64,000 nt of DNA from Lentimicrobiaceae bacterium (lineage in GTDB: Bacteria; Bacteroidota; Bacteroidia; Bacteroidales; UBA4417), in NCBI GenBank assembly GCA_028697555.1, contig JAQVEX010000004.1, forward strand, positions 9,332 to 73,331, in the 5' to 3' direction. Under the pieces are notes generated by a model. It was given only the letters and a program-made list of their open reading frames with translations, was not told where the DNA came from and made no database searches. This document shows positions 9,703 through 18,629 of this stretch, piece after piece (position 1 is the first letter of the stretch; every line of letters starts with the position of its first letter). A program made the position numbers and the translations under genes.

Positions 9703-10824
9703 ATGACTGACTCTTTTATATCATCATTAATAGGAAAATCGCATTACTCGTCGGAATTAAAAGATGTTTCGTCCAAAATATTAAACTCGCAACGCATTAC
9801 TAAGTCGGAAGCTGTTTTGTTATACCAAAACTCCGATTTGGCTCTTTTGGGCTCACTTGCAGACCTCAAAAACAAACAAATCAACGGCAACAACGTTTAT
9901 TACAATCGAAATATCCACGTTGAGCCAACCAACATATGTGTACACAATTGCTCGTTTTGCTCGTATTCGCATCATCATAGCACAGCTTTTGAATTATCTG
10001 TCGATGAAATGTTGGAAAAAATCAAACCTGTTTCCGACAATATAACCGAAGTGCATATTACAGGCGCGGTTCACCCCGAAAGAGATATAAACTACTACGC
10101 AAACCTTATAAACGCTGTAAAACAAATTGCTCCAAACGTACATATTAAAGCATTTTCGGCTGTGGAAATAGAATATATGTGCAATAAATCGGGAGTGGGA
10201 TTTGGCGAAGGATTGGAACTTTTGAAGAAAAACGGTTTGGGTTCACTGCCCGGTGGCGGTGCAGAAATTTTAGATGATGAAATAAGAAGCAAAATTTGTT
10301 CACATAAAACAAACTCAAACAATTGGTTGGAAATACACAGACAAGCACACAAAATTGACATTTTTTCCAATGCAACCATACTTTACGGACATATTGAAAA
10401 CGTTAAAGACCGCATTAATCATTTGGGAAAAATAAGAGAACTGCAAGATGAAACCAAAGGTTTTAACGCTATTATTCCGCTAAAATACAAGAGCAAAAAC
10501 AACTCTATGAGCCATTTGGGTGAAGTCAGCTTAGTTGATGATTTAAAAATGTTTGCGATTTCTCGTTTGTTTTTAGACAACGTACCGCATATAAAAGCGT
10601 ATTGGCCCATGTTCGGAAAACAAAACTCCTTGCTGGCTCTTTCGTTTGGAGCCGACGATTTAGACGGAACCGTAAACAATTCGACCCAAATTTATTCGCT
10701 GGCAGGAGCCGAAGATACAAACCCCGATTTCACCGAAGAAGAAATTAAAAAAGCTATTACAGAGGTAGGAAAGACTCCCGTTGAAAGGGATTCATTATAC
10801 AACACAATTAAAAAACACAAATAA
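9703..10824 (+). CDS. Radical SAM enzyme of the MqnE/MqnC/CofH family (futalosine-route menaquinone biosynthesis)
   Basis: 373 aa. Has the CxxxCxxC cluster motif in NIHVEPTNICVHNCSFCSY, and its length and C-terminal pattern are typical of MqnE/MqnC. I cannot separate MqnE from MqnC by eye. Confidence 0.65.
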   Translation: MTDSFISSLIGKSHYSSELKDVSSKILNSQRITKSEAVLLYQNSDLALLGSLADLKNKQINGNNVYYNRNIHVEPTNICVHNCSFCSYSHHHSTAFELSVDEMLEKIKPVSDNITEVHITGAVHPERDINYYANLINAVKQIAPNVHIKAFSAVEIEYMCNKSGVGFGEGLELLKKNGLGSLPGGGAEILDDEIRSKICSHKTNSNNWLEIHRQAHKIDIFSNATILYGHIENVKDRINHLGKIRELQDETKGFNAIIPLKYKSKNNSMSHLGEVSLVDDLKMFAISRLFLDNVPHIKAYWPMFGKQNSLLALSFGADDLDGTVNNSTQIYSLAGAEDTNPDFTEEEIKKAITEVGKTPVERDSLYNTIKKHK

Positions 10825-10828
10825 TAAT

Positions 10829-12985
10829 ATGAAAAAGAAGAAAAACAAAAATGTTGAGAAAAACGCCTTAGCAAATCAGGTGTTTGAAATTTTTGTGCAA
10901 AATAAAGACCGAAAACTAAATTACCGCCAAGTCGCATCGTTGATGCAAATAAGCAGCAAAGACGAAAAAGAGGCTGTTCGTAGCGCAATAGAATTGCTTT
11001 GCAGGCAAAATTCACTCGTAGAAGGAAGTAGAGGCAAATATTACATAAATCCCAAATTGCTTGCAGCTATCGACAAGGCAAATAGCGTTGTCGGCGAGGT
11101 AGAAATGAAATCTAGCGGCAAGGCGTATATAATAAATACCGGACTCGACGAAGACGTATATATTGCTCCCAACAATACCAACAAGGCATTAGACGGCGAC
11201 AAAGTCCGCGTTGAGTTGTTCCCACGTCGCAAAGGCAAAAAGACCGAAGGCGTTATCGTTGAAGTATTGCAAAGAGCTAAAAAACAATTTGTTGGTATTA
11301 TCAGAATTAGCAAACATTTTGCCTTCTTGGTCGCCGATAATATTACCGTAAAACGAGATATATTTATCCCGAAAACAAGTTTGATGGGAGCCAAAAACGG
11401 TCAGAAAGTTGTTGTAGAAATAACCGATTGGCAACCCGAAGCCAACAATCCCGAAGGTAAGGTCGTTAGCGTGTTGGGAAATCCTGGCGATAATAAAGTT
11501 GAAATGCAGGCTATTTTAGCCGACGCCGACTTCCCGCTCTGCTTTTCCGACGAAGCCGAAAAACAAGCCGAAAGTTTTAAATTGGATATTAAAACGGAAC
11601 TTGTTAAGCGAAAAGACTTCAGAGACGTTTGGACTTGCACAATAGACCCCGAAACCGCAAAAGATTTCGACGACGCTCTTTCGATAAAAGCTATTGACAA
11701 CGATACATTCGAAATAGGAATACATATTGCCGACGTTTCGTTTTTTGTAAAACCGGGTACTCCTATCGATAACGAAGCCTACGAAAGAGCTACGTCAGTA
11801 TATATGGTCGATAGAACCATACCTATGCTACCCGAAGCTCTATCAAACAATATGTGCTCACTTGTACCAAACGAAGACAGGCTTTGCTTTTCGGCTGTTT
11901 TTAACATTACAAAAGATGGTAAAATCAAGAAGCATTGGCTTGGCGAAACTGTTATTCGTTCCAACGTCAGATACAATTACGAACAAGTGCAAAACATTAT
12001 TGAAGGTGCAGATAGTGAGTTTAAAGACCAAATTCTTCAACTGTTCAAAATTTCTGAAATACTCAGAGCCGATAGATTTAAAAAGGGTGCAATTAATTTT
12101 AACACACAAGAAGTTGAGTTTGTTCTCGACGAAAATGCCAAACCAATCGAGATAAAAATAAAAGAACAAAAAGAATCTAATTGGCTCATAGAAGAATTTA
12201 TGCTTTTGGCTAACAAAACTGTGGCTAGTCTTATAGGCGAAAAGAGAAGCAACAATCAGAACCCTAAAACCTTTGTTTATAGGGTACACGACGAACCTAA
12301 CGTTGAAAAGTTATCGAATTTTACCGAGTTTCTGAAAAAGTTGGGTTATTCATTCCAAACTAAATCAAAAAGCAATATCACTAAAAGCTTTAATTCTTTG
12401 TTTACCGAAATTGCAGGCAAAGGCGAAGAACGTATGATTGAGAAAATTGCGCTTCGCACCATGTCAAGAGCCGAATACTCAACTTCAAACATCGGACACT
12501 ACGGCTTAGGCTTTAAATATTACACCCACTTTACATCGCCCATTCGTCGCTACCCCGACCTTATGGTTCACCGACTTATAAAATCTTACCTTAAAGGTAA
12601 AAAAAGCGTCGATCAGGAAGAATACGAGCAATATTGCGTACACTGTTCCAAAATGGAAAATAGAGCTCAAAATGCCGAACGCAACAGCGTTAAATATAAG
12701 CAGGTTGAGTATATGTTAGATAAAAAAGGACAAGTTTTTGAAGGCGCAATTTCGGGAGTTAGCAAGTGGGGAATTTTTGTAGAAATTAAAGGCAATAAAT
12801 GCGAAGGTCTTGTGTCTATGCGACTTTTAGATGACGACTACTACTTTTTAGATGAAGATAATTATCAGATTATCGGACAAAGGAACGGAAAAACATACAG
12901 ACTTGGAGACGATATTACAATTAAAGTCATTAATGTTGACTTGCAACGCAGATACTTAGACTTTGACATCGTTGACGACAAATAA
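10829..12985 (+). CDS. rnr: Ribonuclease R
   Basis: RNB catalytic core (DPETAKDFDDALS, HYGLGFKYYTHFTSPIRRYPDL) plus a C-terminal S1 domain. The ATG at 10829 is preferred over the upstream alternative start at 10781, which would overlap the preceding gene. Confidence 0.9.
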   Translation: MKKKKNKNVEKNALANQVFEIFVQNKDRKLNYRQVASLMQISSKDEKEAVRSAIELLCRQNSLVEGSRGKYYINPKLLAAIDKANSVVGEVEMKSSGKAYIINTGLDEDVYIAPNNTNKALDGDKVRVELFPRRKGKKTEGVIVEVLQRAKKQFVGIIRISKHFAFLVADNITVKRDIFIPKTSLMGAKNGQKVVVEITDWQPEANNPEGKVVSVLGNPGDNKVEMQAILADADFPLCFSDEAEKQAESFKLDIKTELVKRKDFRDVWTCTIDPETAKDFDDALSIKAIDNDTFEIGIHIADVSFFVKPGTPIDNEAYERATSVYMVDRTIPMLPEALSNNMCSLVPNEDRLCFSAVFNITKDGKIKKHWLGETVIRSNVRYNYEQVQNIIEGADSEFKDQILQLFKISEILRADRFKKGAINFNTQEVEFVLDENAKPIEIKIKEQKESNWLIEEFMLLANKTVASLIGEKRSNNQNPKTFVYRVHDEPNVEKLSNFTEFLKKLGYSFQTKSKSNITKSFNSLFTEIAGKGEERMIEKIALRTMSRAEYSTSNIGHYGLGFKYYTHFTSPIRRYPDLMVHRLIKSYLKGKKSVDQEEYEQYCVHCSKMENRAQNAERNSVKYKQVEYMLDKKGQVFEGAISGVSKWGIFVEIKGNKCEGLVSMRLLDDDYYFLDEDNYQIIGQRNGKTYRLGDDITIKVINVDLQRRYLDFDIVDDK

Positions 12986-13114
12986 AACAATTAACAATTT
13001 TTTTCTTATAATTAAAGTACTTTTGCATAGAAATTGCAAATAAAAAAAATGAAACTCAATATAACTATTAATTTTTCGACTAATAAACACCTATTAATCA
13101 ACAAACTAAAACAA

Positions 13115-14140
13115 ATGAATATGAAATACTTATTTGTATGCTTAATTGCAATTACTTTTTCAACGGCTTGCCAAAGTAAAGTTAAATCGGATAATATAAA
13201 AACCGAAGATGGAATAACTTTAATAAGCGATACGACCAACATCGAACAACAAAACCAAGTCGGTTACGATAAAGCCGACATTGATAGTAAAACAAACACC
13301 GGCAATAAACCGCCAAAATCAATACCTATAGTCGATTTTTCGCTTGGCGTTCCTACGTTGGTTGGTAATGATAATTCTGAACATCAACTTTTTTTATCAG
13401 AAAACATTAAAGAGGGTGTTAGCTTGGCAAAAAGCGGCGAAACCACAAAAGCTCTTAAACTGTTTAAAAAAGAAGAAAAAGCTAATCCCAAAAACCATTA
13501 TGCTTGGTATTATGCCGCTCTAACTCACTACAGTGGAGGCAATACCGAAGAAGCCATAGAAATTTTAAATGATGCTATAGCTAAGTTTCCTGATACTTGG
13601 CACTTATTTCTTTTGAAAGGTAAAATATATTACGACTTAAAAGAGTACAAAACTGCATTAGAAAATTACGACAAGCTTTTGGAGATATCTCCTAATCATC
13701 GCGAAGGCTTGGAAAATAGAGCAAACATACACTTATACTTAAAAAATTATGAAAAGGCTGCTGCCGACTACGAGAGGTATGATATAAATTACCCTCCAAA
13801 TTCCAAAATGTACTACAACATGGCATATGCACAAGCTCAATTAGGAAGATACGAGGATGCTGAAATGAATTTTACGTATTCAATCCAACATAATAGGAAT
13901 TATTTGTCGGCATACCTCAACAGAGGCAACACATACATGATGCTGAAAGAATATGAAAAAGCAATAGAAGACTATGATTTCGTTATTTCCAACGATGCAA
14001 AACACGTTAATGCTTATTTCAACCGCGGACAAGCAAAACTTATAATTAACTTAGACCCGTGCCCCGATTGGCAAAAGGCTTTTGAACTAGGAAGCGAAGA
14101 TGCTAAAATGATGTTGGATAAATATTGTGATAAGAAGTAG
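13115..14140 (+). CDS. TPR-repeat lipoprotein
   Basis: Lipoprotein-like signal MNMKYLFVCLIAITFSTAC. Several TPR units (..AWYYAALTHY.., ..YYNMAYAQAQLGRYEDA.., ..YLNRGNTYMMLKEYEKAIEDY..). The start was moved to the ATG just before the signal peptide. Confidence 0.75.
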   Translation: MNMKYLFVCLIAITFSTACQSKVKSDNIKTEDGITLISDTTNIEQQNQVGYDKADIDSKTNTGNKPPKSIPIVDFSLGVPTLVGNDNSEHQLFLSENIKEGVSLAKSGETTKALKLFKKEEKANPKNHYAWYYAALTHYSGGNTEEAIEILNDAIAKFPDTWHLFLLKGKIYYDLKEYKTALENYDKLLEISPNHREGLENRANIHLYLKNYEKAAADYERYDINYPPNSKMYYNMAYAQAQLGRYEDAEMNFTYSIQHNRNYLSAYLNRGNTYMMLKEYEKAIEDYDFVISNDAKHVNAYFNRGQAKLIINLDPCPDWQKAFELGSEDAKMMLDKYCDKK

Positions 14141-14154
14141 GTGCATGAAGTTAT

Positions 14155-14227
14155 AGCCGTTAGCTCTTAGCTTTTGGCTATTGGCTTGGTCTAGCCAACG
14201 GCTAAAAGCTAACAGCTAAAAGCCAAG
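14155..14227. repeat. Heptamer inverted-array hairpin (GCTNTTR arm / GCTAAMR arm)
   Basis: agccgttagctcttagcttttggctattggcttgg tc tagccaacggctaaaagctaacagctaaaagccaag. The block starts 15 nt after the stop of the TPR gene. Confidence 0.85.
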
Positions 14228-14276
14228 AAAAGGAATAATATTTGTAGTACAACATCAGTAACAACATATTAAAACC

Positions 14277-14750
14277 ATGGACATATTCTTAATCGTACTC
14301 GGTGCAATATTAATGATTGTAGGTATTTTAGGTAGCGTTTTGCCTATTTTGCCTGGTCCTCCACTTTCGTTTGTAGGTTTGTTGTTACTACAATTTAGCT
14401 CAAAAGCTCCTTTCGATTTAAGATTCTTTATCATCTGGGGAGTTCTTACTGCTATTGTAGTTCTGTTAGATTATCTTGTTCCTATATGGGGTGCTAAAAA
14501 AATTGGCGGTACCAAAGCAGGCTCTCGAGGTGCAACAGCCGGATTAATATTAGGACTGTTTATTCCTCCCTGGGGTTTGATAATAGGACCTTTTATTGGT
14601 GCCTTCATAGGCGAATTTATCAACAGCTCCGACCTTAATATTTCGTTTAAATCAGCTTTAGGCTCTTTTGTGGGATTTTTAGCCGGAACTTTCATGAAAC
14701 TTGCCGTTACTATTGGTATGGCATTCTACTTCGTAAAAGCTCTTTTTTAA
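14277..14750 (+). CDS. DUF456-family small membrane protein
   Basis: 157 aa with four hydrophobic helices and the typical GPPLSFVGLLL / WGAKK.GG(T/S)K pattern. Confidence 0.6.
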   Translation: MDIFLIVLGAILMIVGILGSVLPILPGPPLSFVGLLLLQFSSKAPFDLRFFIIWGVLTAIVVLLDYLVPIWGAKKIGGTKAGSRGATAGLILGLFIPPWGLIIGPFIGAFIGEFINSSDLNISFKSALGSFVGFLAGTFMKLAVTIGMAFYFVKALF

Positions 14751-14847
14751 CATATATTATATATAGATTTTTTCAGATATATCCTTTGAGATGAAAAAAA
14801 GTCTTATTTTTGTAGGAAAATAAATTACTAAACTACATTTATAAATC

Positions 14848-15612
14848 ATGAAAAACTTAACACTAATCTTAACTTTAATTTTTGGTCTCCTATTTATTAA
14901 CTCTTGTACAAATAATTCGGAAGACGAAAAAGGCTCACTTACTATCAAATTTAGCCACTTGATTGATAACAACGAAATTATTTTCGACTCTATTATTTAC
15001 GTTAATGAAGCCGGTAACCGCTACGAAGTCAACGAAATTCAGTATTTCATTTCTGACCTTAGCTTAATTTCAAATTCGGGCGAAAAGCACAATTTAATCA
15101 ACGACCAAAGCATTCACTACATCGACTCCGACATTCCGGAAACAATGCAATGGCTCGCATCCAACGACTTGCCTGTAACCAAATACGACAGTCTCGTCTT
15201 TACCTTCGGCTTATCGGAAGCCAATAACACAAGTTTCAGATTTGTAAATCCGCCCGAACGAGATATGGTATGGCCCGAACTATTAGGAGGTGGCTACCAC
15301 TACATGAAACTCAATTGCAAGTGGTTAGACCCCAATTCTGATAGGAAAAACGCCAATTTCCACTTAGGAATAGCCAAAAAATCTAGCACGGAATTTAAAC
15401 ATTACTACTTTAAAGTAACATTGCCCATAAATCTTAATGCAAAAGCCGATGATTCAAATACTATAACCCTAGTAATGAATGTTCAAAATTGGTTCAAGAA
15501 TCCAAATATTTGGGATTGGAACGTTATTGGAGGAGGCATAATGGATAATCATGATGCAATAAAAATGGGTTGCGAAAACGGACACGACGTATTCAGTATA
15601 AAAGCTAACTAA
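14848..15612 (+). CDS. MbnP-like periplasmic lipoprotein, partner of the downstream di-heme peroxidase
   Basis: 254 aa. Lipobox LFINSC. GGGYHYMKLN segment. The stop lies 2 nt before the peroxidase gene. The family assignment is from memory of MbnP/MbnH pairs and was not searched. Confidence 0.5.
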   Translation: MKNLTLILTLIFGLLFINSCTNNSEDEKGSLTIKFSHLIDNNEIIFDSIIYVNEAGNRYEVNEIQYFISDLSLISNSGEKHNLINDQSIHYIDSDIPETMQWLASNDLPVTKYDSLVFTFGLSEANNTSFRFVNPPERDMVWPELLGGGYHYMKLNCKWLDPNSDRKNANFHLGIAKKSSTEFKHYYFKVTLPINLNAKADDSNTITLVMNVQNWFKNPNIWDWNVIGGGIMDNHDAIKMGCENGHDVFSIKAN

Positions 15613-15614
15613 CA

Positions 15615-16769
15615 ATGAACAAAATAAAAACTCTAAGTCTATTTGTCTTGCTGTTAGGTGTTTTGTTTTCGTGCAAAAAACCACCCGAACCGCATATTAC
15701 AACTCCTTACGAGTTAGAAATACCTCGTTTTTTCCCAACTCGAACAAATATTCCTGTCGATAATCCACTAACAGTCGAAGGTGTTGAATTAGGAAGGTAT
15801 TTGTTTTACGATGGAAGACTTTCGGGAAGAACCCACGCAGACAGCCTGATGAGTTGCGCCAGTTGCCATAAGCAATCAAGGTCGTTTGATGTTGACCCCA
15901 ACCAAATTACGTTTCAAAACGGAAGACCCGTTGGACTTGGCGGAACTCCCACACCACACGCAGTTTTACCGCTCATAAACTTGGTATGGAACGAAAGCGG
16001 ATACATGTGGAACGGTAGTTTTAACAATTCCAACCCCGATAAATACAAAAAAGGTATTGAAGGAATTGTTTATCACACTCTCATCGATCCAAACGAAATC
16101 AACGGCGATACAACAGATATAGTAACACTTATACAAAACACAAGTGGCTACCCCGAACTGTTTGAAAAAGCCTTCGGCTCAAAAATAGTAACCGTAGATG
16201 GAATTTCTAAAGCCATAGCTCAGTTTGTACGAACTCTTATTTCTTACAACTCTAAATTCGATAAATATTTAAGGGGTGAAGTGCAACTTACAACCGATGA
16301 ACTTATGGGTTACGAGCTTTTTATGACCGAAGAAGGTGCAGACTGCTTTCATTGCCACGGTGGTGACGGAAATCCGCTGTTTACAACCAATTTGTTTTAC
16401 AACAACGGAACCGATTCTATCTTCAACGACCCATTCGATAGGTTTTCCGTAACAGGCGTTAGGAGCGATATTGGAGCATACAAAGCTTCAACCCTCAGGA
16501 ATATAGTCCATACGGCTCCGTACATGCACGACGGTCGTTTTAGCACATTGGACGAAGTGATTGAGTTTTACTCAACAGGAATTGTTGTTTCGGAATTTAT
16601 ACATCCGCTAATGCACCACGCAAACAACGGCGGAACTAAACTTACACCTATTGAGAGGCGACAATTAACAGCATTTTTGAATGCTTTAACCGACGAAAGC
16701 TTTATAACTAATCCCGATTTCGGACCACCCACACAACTTCCCGATGGAGCTACTCCTTTGTCAAAGTGA
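15615..16769 (+). CDS. Di-heme cytochrome c peroxidase family protein (MauG/MbnH-like)
   Basis: 384 aa. Two CxxCH heme motifs (CASCH, CFHCH). APYMHDGRF..L..V(I)EFY signature of the CCP/MauG family. Confidence 0.8.
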   Translation: MNKIKTLSLFVLLLGVLFSCKKPPEPHITTPYELEIPRFFPTRTNIPVDNPLTVEGVELGRYLFYDGRLSGRTHADSLMSCASCHKQSRSFDVDPNQITFQNGRPVGLGGTPTPHAVLPLINLVWNESGYMWNGSFNNSNPDKYKKGIEGIVYHTLIDPNEINGDTTDIVTLIQNTSGYPELFEKAFGSKIVTVDGISKAIAQFVRTLISYNSKFDKYLRGEVQLTTDELMGYELFMTEEGADCFHCHGGDGNPLFTTNLFYNNGTDSIFNDPFDRFSVTGVRSDIGAYKASTLRNIVHTAPYMHDGRFSTLDEVIEFYSTGIVVSEFIHPLMHHANNGGTKLTPIERRQLTAFLNALTDESFITNPDFGPPTQLPDGATPLSK

Positions 16770-16770
16770 G

Positions 16771-17004
16771 TGATAGCTATTAGCCGTTAGCCCCCGAAGT
16801 CTCGGGGCTGTTGGCAGATAAAGTTAGAAATTAGAAGTCAGAAGGTAGAAATGGGGAATTCACTATTAATAACCACTATTTCTAATTTCTAATTTTTAAT
16901 TTCTGATTTCTAACTTCTAAAACCCGTAACCCGCAACACCAATCACCAACCATCATTCACCATTCACCATTCACCATTCACCATTCACCAACCACCAATC
17001 ACCG
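16771..17004. repeat. Composite mosaic element: GCTATTA/GCCGTTA units, small GC hairpin CCCCGAAGTCTCGGGG, inverted TTAGAAN arrays forming a hairpin, then 12 in-register ACCCGYA/ATCACCA/TTCACCA heptamers.
   Basis: Read directly. It fills the whole gap between two convergent genes. Both stop codons (TGA at 16767..16769 and TGA on the minus strand at 16999..17001) touch or lie inside the arrays. Confidence 0.9.
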
Positions 17005-18162
17005 TTTGAACGGTTGTGCGTATTTTTCAACATCTTGAAGTGTTATCGTATTGCCTGCCATTATAGATAAACGCTCTACAATGTTTCGCAATTCTCTGAT
17101 ATTTCCGTTGTAATGCAGTTTTTGGAGAGCTTGCACGGCTTCATCAGTTATCTTGGGTACATTTCTACCCTGACTTTCGGCAATAGTTTCTAAAAAGTGG
17201 GCAACCAAAAGCGGAATATCATCTTCGCGCTCGTTAAGAGTCGGGACATGTATCAAAATAACACTTATACGATGATATAAGTCTTCGCGAAAGCGATTTT
17301 CTTCAACTTCTTTCAATAAATTTTTATTGGTAGCCGCAATAACTCTAACATCAACAGGTATTTCCTTCTCGCCTCCCACTCTGGTAATTTTATTTTCTTG
17401 CAAAGCTCTTAAAACTTTAGCCTGAGCCGACAAGCTCATATCTCCGATTTCATCTAAAAAAATAGTTCCTTTATGAGCTTGTTCAAAATCGCCTTTTCGC
17501 TGCTTTACAGCCGAAGTAAAAGCTCCTTTTTCATGTCCGAATAAAACACTTTCAATAAGTTCCGAAGGAATAGCAGCACAGTTAACCTCAACAAAAGGCT
17601 CATCGGCTCTGTTGCTTTTTTCGTGCAACCATCTGGCGACAAGCTCCTTACCTGTACCGCTGGCTCCGGTAATAAGCACACGAGCGTCGGTTGGAGCCAC
17701 ACGCTCAATCATATCTTTTATTTCTTTTATAGACTCCGATTCGCCTATCATCTCGTATTGCTTATTCACCTTGCGCTTAAGCACCTTAGTTTCGTTAACC
17801 AAATTAGTCCTATCCAACGCATTTCGTAGCGATACAAGCAATCTGTTCAAATCTAAAGGCTTTGGAATAAAATCGTAAGCACCTATGTGAATAGCATCCA
17901 TAGCGGTTTCTATAGTCCCGTGTCCGGAAATCATTATAATTGGTGAATCGGTGATTTTCAACAGTTTTTCCAAGACTTCCATTCCGTCAATTTGCGGCAT
18001 TTTTATATCGCACAAAATAACGTCGAAATGCTCTTTCTCAACCATACTAATTGCCATAAGCCCTTCACTTGCTTCCTCAACTTCGTAGTTCTCGTACTCC
18101 AATATATCGCGCAAAGCATTTCTTATAGGAGCCTCATCGTCTATTACTAATATTTTTGTCAT
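16999..18162 (-). CDS. Sigma-54-dependent response regulator (receiver + AAA+ domains) with no recognisable C-terminal DNA-binding domain
   Basis: 387 aa. Receiver domain (ILVIDDE...DVILCDIKMP). Walker A GASGTGKE. GAFTSA loop (a GAFTGA variant). The protein ends about 20 aa after ..GNIRELRN.. Confidence 0.85.
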   Translation of the reverse strand: MTKILVIDDEAPIRNALRDILEYENYEVEEASEGLMAISMVEKEHFDVILCDIKMPQIDGMEVLEKLLKITDSPIIMISGHGTIETAMDAIHIGAYDFIPKPLDLNRLLVSLRNALDRTNLVNETKVLKRKVNKQYEMIGESESIKEIKDMIERVAPTDARVLITGASGTGKELVARWLHEKSNRADEPFVEVNCAAIPSELIESVLFGHEKGAFTSAVKQRKGDFEQAHKGTIFLDEIGDMSLSAQAKVLRALQENKITRVGGEKEIPVDVRVIAATNKNLLKEVEENRFREDLYHRISVILIHVPTLNEREDDIPLLVAHFLETIAESQGRNVPKITDEAVQALQKLHYNGNIRELRNIVERLSIMAGNTITLQDVEKYAQPFKR

Positions 18163-18310
18163 TATATTTTTGTTTGATTTTGTAAAAGTAATGATTTTTA
18201 AACAAAACTGTTCTTAATTTTATACAAATAGTTTCATATAAAACGATTTTTGCTCTAAATATATTTTAAAAATTTGCTATTTATTATATGAGTAACGAAA
18301 TTATCTTAAC

Positions 18311-18341
18311 TTTGCAACAGGATATTATATAATTATTTTTG
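18311..18341 (+). promoter_or_regulatory. Bacteroidota-type promoter candidate: TTTG (-33), 19 nt spacer, TATTTTTG (-7)
   Basis: TTTG at 18311..18314 and TAnnTTTG at 18334..18341, only 9 nt before the clpS ATG at 18351. Confidence 0.45.
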
Positions 18342-18350
18342 TGCGTAATT

Positions 18351-18629
18351 ATGCCTGACCATAATGTAAAAAGAGTCCCAAAACAGGACATTGACGATGA
18401 CACGGGTAACGAGTATAAAATTACTTTGTATAATGATAATATTAACACGTTCGACTACGTTATAGATTGTCTGATGACAATTTGTAATCACACTCACGAA
18501 CAAGCCTCACAGTGCGCAATAATAACGCATATAAAAGGAAAATGTATAGTAAAAAAAGGAGAAAAAGAAGTTTTGGCACGCATGAATAAACAACTTATAA
18601 TAAAAGGTTTAAAATCAGTTCTATCATAA
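18351..18629 (+). CDS. clpS: ATP-dependent Clp protease adaptor ClpS
   Basis: YKITLYNDNINTFDYVIDCL...HE.A matches the ClpS core. The ATG at 18351 is preferred over the GTG at 18339, which sits inside the promoter box. Confidence 0.85.
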   Translation: MPDHNVKRVPKQDIDDDTGNEYKITLYNDNINTFDYVIDCLMTICNHTHEQASQCAIITHIKGKCIVKKGEKEVLARMNKQLIIKGLKSVLS

